Below are positions 10,082 to 20,192 of a stretch of 64,000 nt of DNA, one piece after another. The notes under the pieces are model-generated. The model searched no databases and had not been told where the DNA came from. It was given only the letters and a program-made list of their open reading frames with translations. The DNA is from Dehalococcoidia bacterium. GTDB lineage: Bacteria; Chloroflexota; Dehalococcoidia; DSTF01; JACRBR01. The DNA lies in contig JBBDXE010000032.1 of assembly GCA_040902505.1 (NCBI GenBank), forward strand, positions 494,378 to 558,377, given 5' to 3'. Both the position numbers and the translations under genes were made by a program. The first letter of the stretch is position 1; every line of letters begins with the position of its first letter.

Positions 10082-10926
10082 TGCCGCGCGCCATCGACAC
10101 CTTCGTCAACGTCAACATGGGCTCCGTCGAGCGCCCCCCGTGGCTCGTGCGCGTCGCCGAGGACTACTTCAACCGCTCCGACGCCATCTTCAAGGACATC
10201 TCCATCGCCGAGCTGACCGAGACCATGGACCGCGCCGGCGTCGAGAAGGTCGTCCTCACTACCACCGCCGAGAACCCCGCCGAACACGTGCTCGCGTTCC
10301 CGCGCGCCAACCCCGGCCGCTTCGTCCTGTCGATCTCGCTCGACCCCCGCCTCGGCATGCAGGCCATCCGCTCCCTCGAACGCCTCGTCCGCGACGAGCC
10401 CGTCGTGCTGGCGCGCATCACGCCCTTCATGATCGACCTGCCGCCGAACGACCGGGTCTACTACCCCGTCTACGCGAAGTGCATCGAGCTTGACCTGCCC
10501 ATCGCCATCAACACCGGCATCCCCGGCCCGCCCATGCCCGGCAAGTGCCAGGACCCCATGTACCTCGACGAGGTGTGCGTCTTCTTCCCGGAACTGAAGC
10601 TCATCATGGCCCACGGCGCCGACCCCTGGTGGGCCGTCGCCATCCGGCTGATGCTCAAGTACCGGAACCTCTACCTGCAGACGTCGGCCTACGCCCCCCG
10701 CTACTTCCCGCCGGAGCTGATCCAGTTCATGAACACCCGCGGCCAGGACAAGATCCTCTTCGCCTCCGACCACCCCGTCCTCTCGTTCGAGCGCTGCATC
10801 AAGGAAGCGCAGGAGCTGGACCTCCGCGAAGGCGTCCTCGACAAGTTCCTCTACGCCAACGCCGAGCGGCTGTTCTGGGGAAGCCGCCAGCCCGCCGCCG
10901 CCACGAACGCCGCCCGCCCCGCCTGA
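10081..10926 (+). CDS. Amidohydrolase_2 family protein
   Basis: YYPVYAKC.ELDLP, MAHGADPW, KILFASDHP, NAERLF. Confidence 0.88.
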   Translation: MPRAIDTFVNVNMGSVERPPWLVRVAEDYFNRSDAIFKDISIAELTETMDRAGVEKVVLTTTAENPAEHVLAFPRANPGRFVLSISLDPRLGMQAIRSLERLVRDEPVVLARITPFMIDLPPNDRVYYPVYAKCIELDLPIAINTGIPGPPMPGKCQDPMYLDEVCVFFPELKLIMAHGADPWWAVAIRLMLKYRNLYLQTSAYAPRYFPPELIQFMNTRGQDKILFASDHPVLSFERCIKEAQELDLREGVLDKFLYANAERLFWGSRQPAAATNAARPA

Positions 10927-10938
10927 AGAAGTAGAGAC

Positions 10939-11403
10939 ATGACCGACCGCACCACGAGCGACATCGCCCCACTCACCGCCCCGCACGTGCTGGAGTACGC
11001 GTACACCCGCAGCGTCGGCCCCGTCATCGGCCGCTTCCTCGGCGGCCTGCGCGACCGCAAGCTGCTCGGCGTGCGGACGGCCACGGGCCGCGTGCTCGTC
11101 CCCCCGCAGGAATACGACCCCGACACCGGCGATGCCGTCGGCGACTTCGTCGAAGTCGGACAGTCCGGCACGGTGACCACCTGGGCCTGGGTGGCCGCGC
11201 CCCGCCCGAAGCATCCCCTGCAGCGCCCGTTCGCCTGGGCCCTCGTCCGGCTGGACGGCGCGGACACCGCCATGCTGCATGCCGTCGACGCCGGCCAGGA
11301 GTCCCGGATGCGCACCGGCATGCGCGTGCGCGTGCGCTGGCGCGACGAGACGCTCGGCGAGATCACCGACATCGCCTGCTTCGAGCCGGAGGCGCCCGTA
11401 TGA
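10939..11403 (+). CDS. DUF35/OB-fold thiolase partner protein (no Cys ligands)
   Basis: GRVLVPPQEYDP, GTVTTW, PFAWALVRLDGADT, GMRVRVRW. Confidence 0.85.
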   Translation: MTDRTTSDIAPLTAPHVLEYAYTRSVGPVIGRFLGGLRDRKLLGVRTATGRVLVPPQEYDPDTGDAVGDFVEVGQSGTVTTWAWVAAPRPKHPLQRPFAWALVRLDGADTAMLHAVDAGQESRMRTGMRVRVRWRDETLGEITDIACFEPEAPV

Positions 11404-11900
11404 GCGATCGCGTGAGCGACGTGGTCTACGGGATTAAGACGCCCGTCCGCCTCGACTACACCTACGTCGCCGGCCGTGCCTCGTCGCGCTTCCTCAGCGC
11501 CATCGCCGAGCGCCGCATCGTCGGCCAGCGCTGCCCGGAGTGCGCGCGCGTCTACGTCCCTCCCCGCGGCGCCTGCCCCACCTGCGGCGTCCCCACCCGC
11601 GAGGAGGTGCCCGTGGCGGACACCGGTATCGTCACCACGTTCTGCATCGTCAACATCCCCTTCGCCGGGCAGTCGGTCCGCGTGCCCTACGTCTCCGCGT
11701 CGATCCTCCTCGACGGCGCCGATATCCCGCTCTTCCACCTCGTGCAGGAGGTCGAAGCGCACGAGGTCCGCATGGGCATGCGCGTCGAGGCCGTATGGGT
11801 GCCCTCCGAGGAGCTCGCGCCGAGCATGAACAGCATTCGCCACTTCCGCCCCACCGGCGAGCCCGACGCGCCGTACGAGTCGTACCGGGAGCACCTGTGA
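11400..11900 (+). CDS. Zn-ribbon DUF35/OB-fold protein
   Basis: CPEC..VYVPPRGACPTC, GIVTTF, GMRVEAVW. Confidence 0.88.
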   Translation: MSDRVSDVVYGIKTPVRLDYTYVAGRASSRFLSAIAERRIVGQRCPECARVYVPPRGACPTCGVPTREEVPVADTGIVTTFCIVNIPFAGQSVRVPYVSASILLDGADIPLFHLVQEVEAHEVRMGMRVEAVWVPSEELAPSMNSIRHFRPTGEPDAPYESYREHL

Positions 11901-12985
11901 TGCGCGATGTCGCCGTCGTCGCCTTCGCCCAGTCGCCCTCCGTCCGCTCCGACACAGAGCGCAACGAGGTGGAGATCCTCATGCCCGTCGTCCGCGAGGC
12001 CATCGAGGCTTCCGGCATCCCCCGAGGCGAGATCGGCTTCACCGTCTCCGGCTCGTCCGACTACCTCGCCGGCCAGCCGTTCTCCTTCGTGAACGCCCTC
12101 GACGCCGTCGGCCCCTGGCCCCCCATCCGCGAATCACACGTGGAGATGGACGGCGCCTGGGCGCTCTACGAGGCGTGGGTGCGCCTCCAGCACGGTGACG
12201 TCGACTCGGCGCTCGTCTACGCCTTCGGGAAGTCGTCGCTCGGCGACCTCCGCGACGTGCTGGTGCTCCAGCTCGACCCCTACTGCGTCGCGCCGCTCTG
12301 GCCCGATTCGGTGAGCGTCGCCGCCCTGCAGGCCCGCGCCCTCCTCGACGCCGGCCGCTGCACAGAGCGCGACATGGCCGCCGTCGCCGTCCGCTCCCGC
12401 CGCGACGCCGCATCGAACCCCAACGCGCAACTCCGCGATGCACTCGATGTCGACGCTGCCCTCGCCGAACCAGCGATCGTCTCCCCGCTCCGCGCTCACG
12501 ACTGCCCCCCAATCTCCGACGGTGCGGCCGCCGTCGTCCTCGCCGCCGGCGATCTCGCCCGGCGCGTCTGCGCCCGTCCGGCGTGGATCCGCGGCATCGA
12601 CCACCGCATCGAGCCGGCAGCGCTCGGCGCCCGCGACCTCACCCGCTCCCCCTCGACCGAGCTGGCCGCGAAACACGCCGGCCTGCGCAACGGCGGCGGC
12701 CCCGTCGAAGTCGACCTCGCCGAGCTGCACGCCCCCTTCTCGCACCAGGAACTGATCCTCCGCGACGCCCTCGGCCTCGGCGACGGCGTCGCTGTGAACC
12801 CGTCGGGCGGCGCCCTGACGGCCAACCCCGTGATGGCGGCGGGCCTCATCCGCATCGGCGAGGCCGCCCGCCGCATCATCGATGGCTCCGCCCGCCGCGC
12901 CGCCGCCCACGCCACGTCGGGCCCGTGCCTGCAGCAGAACCTCGTCTGCGTCCTCGATGCGGAAGCGGAAGCGGGGGCCGGCTGA
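11900..12985 (+). CDS. ltp4: Thiolase-like lipid-transfer protein, Ltp4-like
   Basis: SGSSDYLAGQPFSFV, ESHVEMDGAWALYEAW, AHATSGPCLQQNLV; context next to DUF35 genes and ltp3. Confidence 0.8.
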   Translation: MRDVAVVAFAQSPSVRSDTERNEVEILMPVVREAIEASGIPRGEIGFTVSGSSDYLAGQPFSFVNALDAVGPWPPIRESHVEMDGAWALYEAWVRLQHGDVDSALVYAFGKSSLGDLRDVLVLQLDPYCVAPLWPDSVSVAALQARALLDAGRCTERDMAAVAVRSRRDAASNPNAQLRDALDVDAALAEPAIVSPLRAHDCPPISDGAAAVVLAAGDLARRVCARPAWIRGIDHRIEPAALGARDLTRSPSTELAAKHAGLRNGGGPVEVDLAELHAPFSHQELILRDALGLGDGVAVNPSGGALTANPVMAAGLIRIGEAARRIIDGSARRAAAHATSGPCLQQNLVCVLDAEAEAGAG

Positions 12986-14142
12986 TGGCGGAACGCTGCG
13001 CCGTCATCGGCATCGGCCAGACGAAGCACGCCTCGCACCGCAACGACGTGTCGATCCCCGGCCTCGTGCGGGAGGCCGCCCTCCGCGCGCTCGACGACGC
13101 CGCCCTGACCTGGCGCGACATCGACGCCGTCGTCATCGGCAAGGCACCCGACATGTTCGAGGGCGTGATGATGCCGGAGCTGTACCTCGCCGACGCCCTC
13201 GGCGCCGCCGGCAAGCCCATGATCCGCGTGCACACCGCCGGCAGCGTCGGCGGCTCCACCGCCCTCGTCGCCGCCAGCCTCGTCCAGGCCGGCCTCCACC
13301 AGCGCGTCCTCACCGTCGCCTTCGAGAAGCAGTCGGAGAGCGACGCCATGTGGGCGCTCGCCCCCCGCATCCCCTTCCAGCCCGCCGTCGTCGCCGGCGC
13401 CGGGGGCTACTTCGCCCCCCACATCCGCGCCTACATCCGGCGCTCCGGCGCCCCGCCCGACGTGGGCATGCGCGTGGCGCTGAAAGATCGCCTCAACGCC
13501 CTCCGCAACCCGTATGCGCACCTCCACCAGGAGGACATCACGCTCGAGAAGATCGCGGAGTCGCCCATGCTCTGGGACCCCATCCGCTTCCTCGAGACCT
13601 GCCCCTCCTCCGACGGCGCCTGCGCCATGGTGCTCGCCGGGGAGACCGCCGCGAAGGACGCCCCCCGCCCGCCCGCGTGGGTCCGCGCCACCGCCATGCG
13701 CAGCGAGCCGACGATGTTCGCCGGCCGCGACCAGGTGAGCCCCCGCGCCGGCCGCGACTGCGCCGCCGAGCTGTACCGCGCGGCCGGCATCACCGAACCC
13801 CGCCGCGAGATCGATGTCGCCGAGGTGTACGTGCCCTTTAGCTGGTTCGAGCCCATGTGGATGGAGAATCTGGGCTTCGCCCCGGAGGGCGAGGGCTGGC
13901 GCATGGTGCTCGACGGCGCCACGGCCTTCGACGGCGACATCCCCATCAACCCCTCCGGCGGCGTGCTATCGTCGAACCCCATCGGCGCCTCCGGGATGCT
14001 CCGATTCGCCGAGGCGGCGATGCAGGTGCGCGGACAGGCGGGAGAGCACCAGGTCGAAGGCGCGCGCGTCGCGCTCGGCCACGCCTACGGCGGCGGCTCC
14101 CAGTTCTTCGCGATGTGGATCGTCGGCAGCGAGAAGCCGTAG
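12985..14142 (+). CDS. ltp3: Thiolase-domain protein, Ltp3-like (steroid side-chain aldolase family)
   Basis: GKAPDMFEGVMMPELYL, RVHTAGSVGGST, CPSSDGACA, HAYGGGSQFF. Confidence 0.85.
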   Translation: MAERCAVIGIGQTKHASHRNDVSIPGLVREAALRALDDAALTWRDIDAVVIGKAPDMFEGVMMPELYLADALGAAGKPMIRVHTAGSVGGSTALVAASLVQAGLHQRVLTVAFEKQSESDAMWALAPRIPFQPAVVAGAGGYFAPHIRAYIRRSGAPPDVGMRVALKDRLNALRNPYAHLHQEDITLEKIAESPMLWDPIRFLETCPSSDGACAMVLAGETAAKDAPRPPAWVRATAMRSEPTMFAGRDQVSPRAGRDCAAELYRAAGITEPRREIDVAEVYVPFSWFEPMWMENLGFAPEGEGWRMVLDGATAFDGDIPINPSGGVLSSNPIGASGMLRFAEAAMQVRGQAGEHQVEGARVALGHAYGGGSQFFAMWIVGSEKP

Positions 14143-14160
14143 CGGGAGGAGACGGCCGGT

Positions 14161-15798
14161 ATGGAGTTCAATCTGGCGGACCTGTTCGAGTGCGTCGCCG
14201 GCGCCGTGCCGGAGCGCGAGGCGCTGGTCCACGGCGACCGCCGCCTCACCTTCGCCCGGCTCGACGAGCGCGCCACCCGGCTGGCGCATCACCTGCACGC
14301 GCGCGGCATCAAGCCCGGCGACCACGTCGGGCTCTACATGTACAACTGCACGGAATACATCGAGGGCGCACTCGCGGCTTACAAGATCCGCGCCGTCCCC
14401 GTGAATATCAACTTCCGCTACGTCGAGGACGAGCTGCGCTACCTCTTCGACGATGCGGACCTCGCCGCTCTCATCTACCACGCCGAGTTCGGTCCCCGCG
14501 TCGCCGCCGTCGCCCCCTCCGTGGCGACCCTCCGCACGTTCGTCCGCGTCGCCGATGACACCGGTGCCGCCGGCGGCCCGTCCGGGGCCGAAGACTACGA
14601 TCGCGCCCTCGCCGAAGCCTCCCCCGACCGCGACTTCCCCGCCCGCTCCGCGGATGACCTCTACCTCATCTACACCGGCGGCACGACCGGCATGCCCAAG
14701 GGCGTCATGTGGCGGCAGGAGGACCTCTTCTTCGGCGCGCTCCAGGGCGGCAACGTCGGCGGCGCCCCGATCACCGACCCCGCGCAGATCGGCGAGCTGG
14801 CGAAGGCCCGCACCGAGCCGCCGACCGCCATGCCCGTCGTGCCGCTGATGCACGGCACCGGCCACTGGTCCGCCATGATCGGCATGCACGGCGGCGGGAA
14901 GGTGGTGCTGACCGCCAGCAAGCGACTCGACCCGCATGAGGTCTGGACGCTCATCGAGCGCGAGCGCGTGAACGTGCTCTCCATCGTCGGCGACGCCGTC
15001 GCCCGCCCCCTCGCCGAGGCCCTCGCCGCGCCCGGCGCCTCCTACGACACGTCGTCGCTGGCCGTGCTCACCTCGGGAGGGTCGATCTTCTCGCTGGCCG
15101 TGAAGGAGCAGATGCGCGCCCTCCTCCCGAAGACGCTCCTCATCGACGCCATCGGCGCCTCCGAGGCCGGCCACCAGGGCATGAACGTCGGCGCTACCTC
15201 CACCGGCAAGCCCCGCTTCTCCGTCGACTCGAAGGTCGCCGCCGTCCTCGACGAAGATCTGCGGCCCGTCGCGCCCGGTTCGGGCGTCGTCGGCAAGTTC
15301 GCCCGCCGCGGCTACATCCCCCTCGGCTACTACAAGGACCCCGAGAAGACCGCCGCCACCTTCGTCACTGACCCCGACGGCACCCGATGGGTGGTCCCCG
15401 GCGACATGGCCACCGTCGAGGCCGACGGCACCATCACCCTCTTCGGACGCGGCTCCGGCTGCATCAACAGCGGCGGCGAGAAGATCTACCCCGAGGAGGT
15501 CGAGTCCGCACTGAAGTCGCACGACGCCATCTTCGACGCGGTCGTCGTCGGCGTGCCCGACGAGCGCTGGGGCGAGCGCGTGGCAGCCGTCGTGCAGCTG
15601 CGTCCCGGCCACACCCTCAGCCTCCCCGAGCTGGACGCTTACGCCCGGACGAAGATCTCCGCCTACAAAGTGCCGCGCCAGCTCACCCTCGTCGACGAGA
15701 TCGGCCGCCAGCCCAGCGGCAAGGCCGACTATCGTTGGGCGAAGGCCCGCGCGACCGAAGCCGCCGCCCCCGCCGCATCCGAAAGGAAGGACAGGTGA
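14161..15798 (+). CDS. fadD19: Acyl-CoA synthetase, FadD19-like
   Basis: FNLADLFE, YTGGTTGMPKGVMWRQED, GYYKDPEKTA, INSGGEKIYPEEVE. Confidence 0.82.
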   Translation: MEFNLADLFECVAGAVPEREALVHGDRRLTFARLDERATRLAHHLHARGIKPGDHVGLYMYNCTEYIEGALAAYKIRAVPVNINFRYVEDELRYLFDDADLAALIYHAEFGPRVAAVAPSVATLRTFVRVADDTGAAGGPSGAEDYDRALAEASPDRDFPARSADDLYLIYTGGTTGMPKGVMWRQEDLFFGALQGGNVGGAPITDPAQIGELAKARTEPPTAMPVVPLMHGTGHWSAMIGMHGGGKVVLTASKRLDPHEVWTLIERERVNVLSIVGDAVARPLAEALAAPGASYDTSSLAVLTSGGSIFSLAVKEQMRALLPKTLLIDAIGASEAGHQGMNVGATSTGKPRFSVDSKVAAVLDEDLRPVAPGSGVVGKFARRGYIPLGYYKDPEKTAATFVTDPDGTRWVVPGDMATVEADGTITLFGRGSGCINSGGEKIYPEEVESALKSHDAIFDAVVVGVPDERWGERVAAVVQLRPGHTLSLPELDAYARTKISAYKVPRQLTLVDEIGRQPSGKADYRWAKARATEAAAPAASERKDR

Positions 15799-16601
15799 GC
15801 GAAGCCCTCCTCGTCGAGCGGGACGGTCACGTCCTCACCCTGACCATGCACCGGCCCGAGGTCAAGAACGCCCTCAACCCGGAGATGCTCTGCCGCCTGG
15901 CCGACGCGTGGGCCCTAGCCGACGAGGACGACGGCATCCGCTGCGTCATCCTCACCGGCGCCGGCGGTGACTTCTGCGCCGGCGCCGACCTCGACAAGCT
16001 CGTCGCCCGCTCGCTCGCCGGCGCCCCGCCCGAGGACGACTTCGAGCGCCGCATCCGCGAGGACTACAACATCATCTTCGATGGCCTCCTCCGCACCCGG
16101 CAGCTCAAGAAGCCCCTGATCGCCGCCATCGAGGGCTACTGCGTCGCCGGCGGCACCGAGATCCTGCAGGCCACGGACATCCGCATCGCCGGTGAGAGCG
16201 CCATCTTCGGTATCACCGAGGTGAAGTGGGCGCTCTTCCCCCAGGGCGGCTCCACCATCCGCCTGCGCCGCCAGATCCCCTACACGAAAGCGATGGAGAT
16301 GCTCCTCACCGGCGATACGTACCCCGCGCAGGAGGCGCTGGGCTTCGGCTTGATCGGGCGCGTCGTGCCGGACGGCCGGGCCCTCGTCACCGCCCGCGAG
16401 GTCGCGGAGCGAGTCTGCCGCAACGGCCCCGTCGCCGTGCAGGCCGTGAAGGCGTCAGTCCAGGCGACCGAATGTCTGCCCGAGAAGGAAGCCCTGGCCC
16501 TGGAGTTTCAGATCGGCATGAAGGTCACCGCCACCGAGGACGCCCGCGAAGGCCCGCGCGCGTTCAAAGAGAAACGCGCGCCGCAGTTCAAGGGACGCTG
16601 A
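15795..16601 (+). CDS. echA19: Enoyl-CoA hydratase, EchA19-like
   Basis: FCAGADL, AGGTEILQATDIR, EGPRAFKEKR; GTG start overlaps upstream TGA. Confidence 0.82.
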   Translation: MSEALLVERDGHVLTLTMHRPEVKNALNPEMLCRLADAWALADEDDGIRCVILTGAGGDFCAGADLDKLVARSLAGAPPEDDFERRIREDYNIIFDGLLRTRQLKKPLIAAIEGYCVAGGTEILQATDIRIAGESAIFGITEVKWALFPQGGSTIRLRRQIPYTKAMEMLLTGDTYPAQEALGFGLIGRVVPDGRALVTAREVAERVCRNGPVAVQAVKASVQATECLPEKEALALEFQIGMKVTATEDAREGPRAFKEKRAPQFKGR

Positions 16602-16602
16602 C

Positions 16603-17796
16603 ATGGCTCTCGACTTCACGCTCAGCGAGGAGCATCAGCTCGTGCGCAGCTCCGTCCGCACCATGCTCCAGAAGTACATCCCGCGCCGCGAGGAGTTCCG
16701 CCGCATGAACGCCGAGCGGAAGTTCCCCCAGGAGCTGTGGGACGACTTCGCGAAGATCGGGCTGCTGGGCTGCCTGATCCCGGAGCAGTACGGCGGCACG
16801 AACGCCGGCCTGCTCGCCCTCACCGTCGCCTTCGAGGAGCTGACCGCGCAGGGCTTCTTCCCCGGCCTCATGCTGGTGACCTCGATGGACGCCGCCTGCA
16901 TCGTCAAGAACGGCTCCGACGAGCTGAAGGCGCGCGTCCTCCCGAAGATCGTCTCCGGCGAGATGAAGCTCTGCTTCGCCGTCACCGAGCCCAACGCCGG
17001 CACCAACACCTTCCGCATCGAGACCCACGCCCGCCGCGACGGCGACGTCTATCGAGTCAACGGGCAGAAGGTCTTCATCACCGGCGTCGACCAGGCCGAC
17101 TACATGCTCCTCGTCGCCCGGACGACGACGCTCGACGAGCTCCAACGCGAGGGCAAGTCCAAGTCGCAGGGGATCTCGCTCTTCCTCGTCGATACGAAGG
17201 CGCCCGGCCTGCAGAAGACGCTGCTCCCCACCATGTCGAACGACGGCGCCGGCCAGTTCCAGCTCTTCTTCGATGACGTCGAGGTCCCGGCAGCCGACAT
17301 CATCGGCACTGAGGGCAACGGTTCGATGGCGATGTTCAACTCCCTGAACCCCGAACGCGTCCTCGCCGCCGCCATCTGCTCCGGCATGACCCACATGTGC
17401 CTCGAGAAGTCCGTCGCCTACGCGAAAGAACGGCGCGTCTTCAAGGACACGCCCATCGGGGCCTACCAGTCGATCGCCCACCCCCTCGCCGAGGTGAAGA
17501 TCTGGCACGAAGCGGTGAAGCTGATGATGTACAAGGCCGCATGGTCGTTTGACCAGGGCTTCGACCCGCTCGAGGTAGGGACGCAGTCGAACATGGCGAA
17601 GTTTCTCGCCGCCGATCTCGCCCTCAAGGCCGTCGACGCCGCCCTCGAGACGCACGGCGGCAACGGCTTCTCCGAGGACTACGGGCTGATCAACCTCTGG
17701 TTCGGCGCCCGCCTGTTCAAGACCGCCCCCGTGAGCCGCGAGATGATCCTGAACTACGTATCTGAATGGAGCCTGCAGCTGCCCCGCTCGTACTGA
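16603..17796 (+). CDS. Acyl-CoA dehydrogenase
   Basis: IPEQYGG, FAVTEPNAGTN, NGQKVFIT, HGGNGF. Confidence 0.92.
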   Translation: MALDFTLSEEHQLVRSSVRTMLQKYIPRREEFRRMNAERKFPQELWDDFAKIGLLGCLIPEQYGGTNAGLLALTVAFEELTAQGFFPGLMLVTSMDAACIVKNGSDELKARVLPKIVSGEMKLCFAVTEPNAGTNTFRIETHARRDGDVYRVNGQKVFITGVDQADYMLLVARTTTLDELQREGKSKSQGISLFLVDTKAPGLQKTLLPTMSNDGAGQFQLFFDDVEVPAADIIGTEGNGSMAMFNSLNPERVLAAAICSGMTHMCLEKSVAYAKERRVFKDTPIGAYQSIAHPLAEVKIWHEAVKLMMYKAAWSFDQGFDPLEVGTQSNMAKFLAADLALKAVDAALETHGGNGFSEDYGLINLWFGARLFKTAPVSREMILNYVSEWSLQLPRSY

Positions 17797-17823
17797 GCCG
17801 GACCGGCCGATCGGAGAGACACC

Positions 17824-19041
17824 ATGGTGCAACTGACCGAAGCCGACCTCTACAACCCGGACATCTACGCCGAGCGCGTCCCTTACGACGTCTTCCGGCA
17901 GCTCCGCCGCGAGGCCCCCGTCTGCTGGCAGCGCGAAGCGGATGGCCCCGGCTACTGGGCCCTCACGAAGTACGAGGACATCGTCACCGTCTCGCAGGAC
18001 TCGGCGACGTTCTCGTCGTACGCCGGCGGCACAAACATCGACGACATGCCCCCCGACGCGCTGTCCATGATCCGCACCCTCATGCTCAACATGGACCCGC
18101 CCCGACACACCATCTACCGCCGCCTCGTCGCCACCGGCTTCACCCCCGCCATGATCCGCAAGCTCGAACCCCACGTCCGCGAGATCACCGGCCGCATCAT
18201 CGACAACGTCAGCCCTCGCGGCGAGTGCGACTTCGTGACCGAGGTCGCCGCCGAGCTGCCGCTGCAGGTGATCGCCGAGATGATGGGTGTCCCCCAGGAG
18301 GACCGCCACAAGGTGTTCGACTGGAGCAACCGCCTGATCGGCTTCGACGACCCGGAGTTCCAGCACACTGAGGACGACGGCCGCCAGGCCGCCACCGAGA
18401 TGTTCCTCTACGCCCACCAGCTCGCCGCCGCCCGCCGCGCCCTCGGTGAAGACGACCTCATCAGCACCCTCGTCCGCGCCGAGGTCGAAGGCGCCGCCCT
18501 CAGCGAGGCCGACTTCGACGCGTTCTTCATCCTCCTCGCCGTCGCCGGCAACGAGACCACCCGAAACCTCATCTCCGGCGCCATGCAGGCGTTCTGCGAG
18601 CACCCCGAGCAGCGCCAGCGCCTCATCGACGATCCGTCCCTCATGCCCCTCGCCGTCGAGGAGATGCTCCGCTGGGTGTCGCCCCTCATCTACTTCCGCC
18701 GCACCGCCACCCGCGACACCGAACTGCGCGGCCAACGCATCCGCGCGGGCGAGAAGGTCGTGATGTACTACCCCTCCGCCAACCGCGATGAGGACGTCTT
18801 CGACCGTCCCGATGAGTTCGACGCCGGCCGCGAGCACAACCCGCAGGTGGCGTTCGGCGGCGGCGGCCACCACTTCTGCCTCGGCGCCAGCCTCGCCCGC
18901 CTCGAGATCCGCGTCATGTTCGAGGAGTTGTTCCGCCGCCTCCCCGACGTCGAACTGGCCGGCCCGCCCCGCCGCCTGCGCTCCAACTTCATCAACGGCA
19001 TCAAGCACCTGCCCGTGCGATTCACGCCCGAGCGCGCGTAG
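17824..19041 (+). CDS. Cytochrome P450, CYP125/CYP142-like
   Basis: MDPPRH, AGNETTRN, EMLRW, FGGGGHHFCLG heme motif. Confidence 0.93.
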   Translation: MVQLTEADLYNPDIYAERVPYDVFRQLRREAPVCWQREADGPGYWALTKYEDIVTVSQDSATFSSYAGGTNIDDMPPDALSMIRTLMLNMDPPRHTIYRRLVATGFTPAMIRKLEPHVREITGRIIDNVSPRGECDFVTEVAAELPLQVIAEMMGVPQEDRHKVFDWSNRLIGFDDPEFQHTEDDGRQAATEMFLYAHQLAAARRALGEDDLISTLVRAEVEGAALSEADFDAFFILLAVAGNETTRNLISGAMQAFCEHPEQRQRLIDDPSLMPLAVEEMLRWVSPLIYFRRTATRDTELRGQRIRAGEKVVMYYPSANRDEDVFDRPDEFDAGREHNPQVAFGGGGHHFCLGASLARLEIRVMFEELFRRLPDVELAGPPRRLRSNFINGIKHLPVRFTPERA

Positions 19042-19055
19042 CGAGGAGCGAGCAC

Positions 19056-20192
19056 ATGCACACCCGTATCTGCGACGAATTCGGCATCGAGTTCCCCATC
19101 TTCGCCTTCAGCCACTGCCGCGACGTCGTCGCCGCCGTCAGCCGCGCCGGCGGCATGGGCGTGCTCGGCGCCCTCGCCTTCTCGCCGGAGCAGCTGAAGA
19201 TCGAGCTGGCATGGATCGATGAGCACGTCGATGGCAAGCCCTACGGCGTCGACATCGTCATGCCCGCGACGTCCGTCACCGCCGGCGGCGACGTCTCCGA
19301 GGAGCAACTCCAGAAGATGATCCCCCAGCAACACCGCGACTACGTCGAGCAGGTGCTCTCCCGCCACGGCGTCCCTCCCCTCCCCGAAGGCGCCCCCCGC
19401 CCCATGGAGCTGCTCGGCTGGGTGCCCGGCACCGCCCGCTCCCAGGTCGACATCGCCCTCGAACACCGCGTCGCACTGCTGGTGAACGCGCTCGGCCCGC
19501 CCCCGCCCGACGTCGTCCAGAAGGCGCACGACCACGGCATCAAGGTCGCCGCCCTCGTCGGCGCCGCCGATCAGGCCCGCAAGCAACAGCAGGCCGGCGT
19601 CGACATCATCGTCGCCCAGGGCCACGAGGCCGGCGGCCACACCGGCGAGGTCGCCACCATGGTCCTCGTGCCCGAAGTCGTCCGCGCCGTCCACCCCACC
19701 CCCGTCCTCGCCGCCGGCGGCATCGGCAGCGGCAAGCAGATGGCCGCCGCACTCGCCCTCGGCGCCGACGGCGTCTGGACCGGCTCCATCTGGCTCACCG
19801 TGAAGGAAGCCGACACCGGCGACGTGCTCATGGACAAGCTCCTCCACGCCGGCTCCCGCGACACCGTCCGCTCCCGCTCCATGACCGGCAAGCCCGCCCG
19901 CCAGCTCCGCACCCCCTGGACCGAAGCATGGGACGGCCCCGATTCCCCCGGCACCCTCCCCATGCCCCTGCAGTTCATGCTCACCGCCGAGGCCCAGGCC
20001 CGCATGCGCCGCGCCGCCGAGACCGGCGCCCCCGGCGCCGATCTCGCCCCCATGCCCGTCGGCCAGATCGTCGGCAGCATGGACGCCATCCGCCCCGCCC
20101 GCGACGTCATCTTCGACATGGTCGAGGAGTACGTCGACACCGTCGCCCGCATGTCCGAGGCGCTCGCCTCCGCCGGCAACCCCACACCATGA
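19056..20192 (+). CDS. Nitronate monooxygenase/enoyl-ACP reductase II family flavoprotein
   Basis: FAFSHCRDVV, AQGHEAGGHTG, VLAAGGIG. Confidence 0.88.
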   Translation: MHTRICDEFGIEFPIFAFSHCRDVVAAVSRAGGMGVLGALAFSPEQLKIELAWIDEHVDGKPYGVDIVMPATSVTAGGDVSEEQLQKMIPQQHRDYVEQVLSRHGVPPLPEGAPRPMELLGWVPGTARSQVDIALEHRVALLVNALGPPPPDVVQKAHDHGIKVAALVGAADQARKQQQAGVDIIVAQGHEAGGHTGEVATMVLVPEVVRAVHPTPVLAAGGIGSGKQMAAALALGADGVWTGSIWLTVKEADTGDVLMDKLLHAGSRDTVRSRSMTGKPARQLRTPWTEAWDGPDSPGTLPMPLQFMLTAEAQARMRRAAETGAPGADLAPMPVGQIVGSMDAIRPARDVIFDMVEEYVDTVARMSEALASAGNPTP

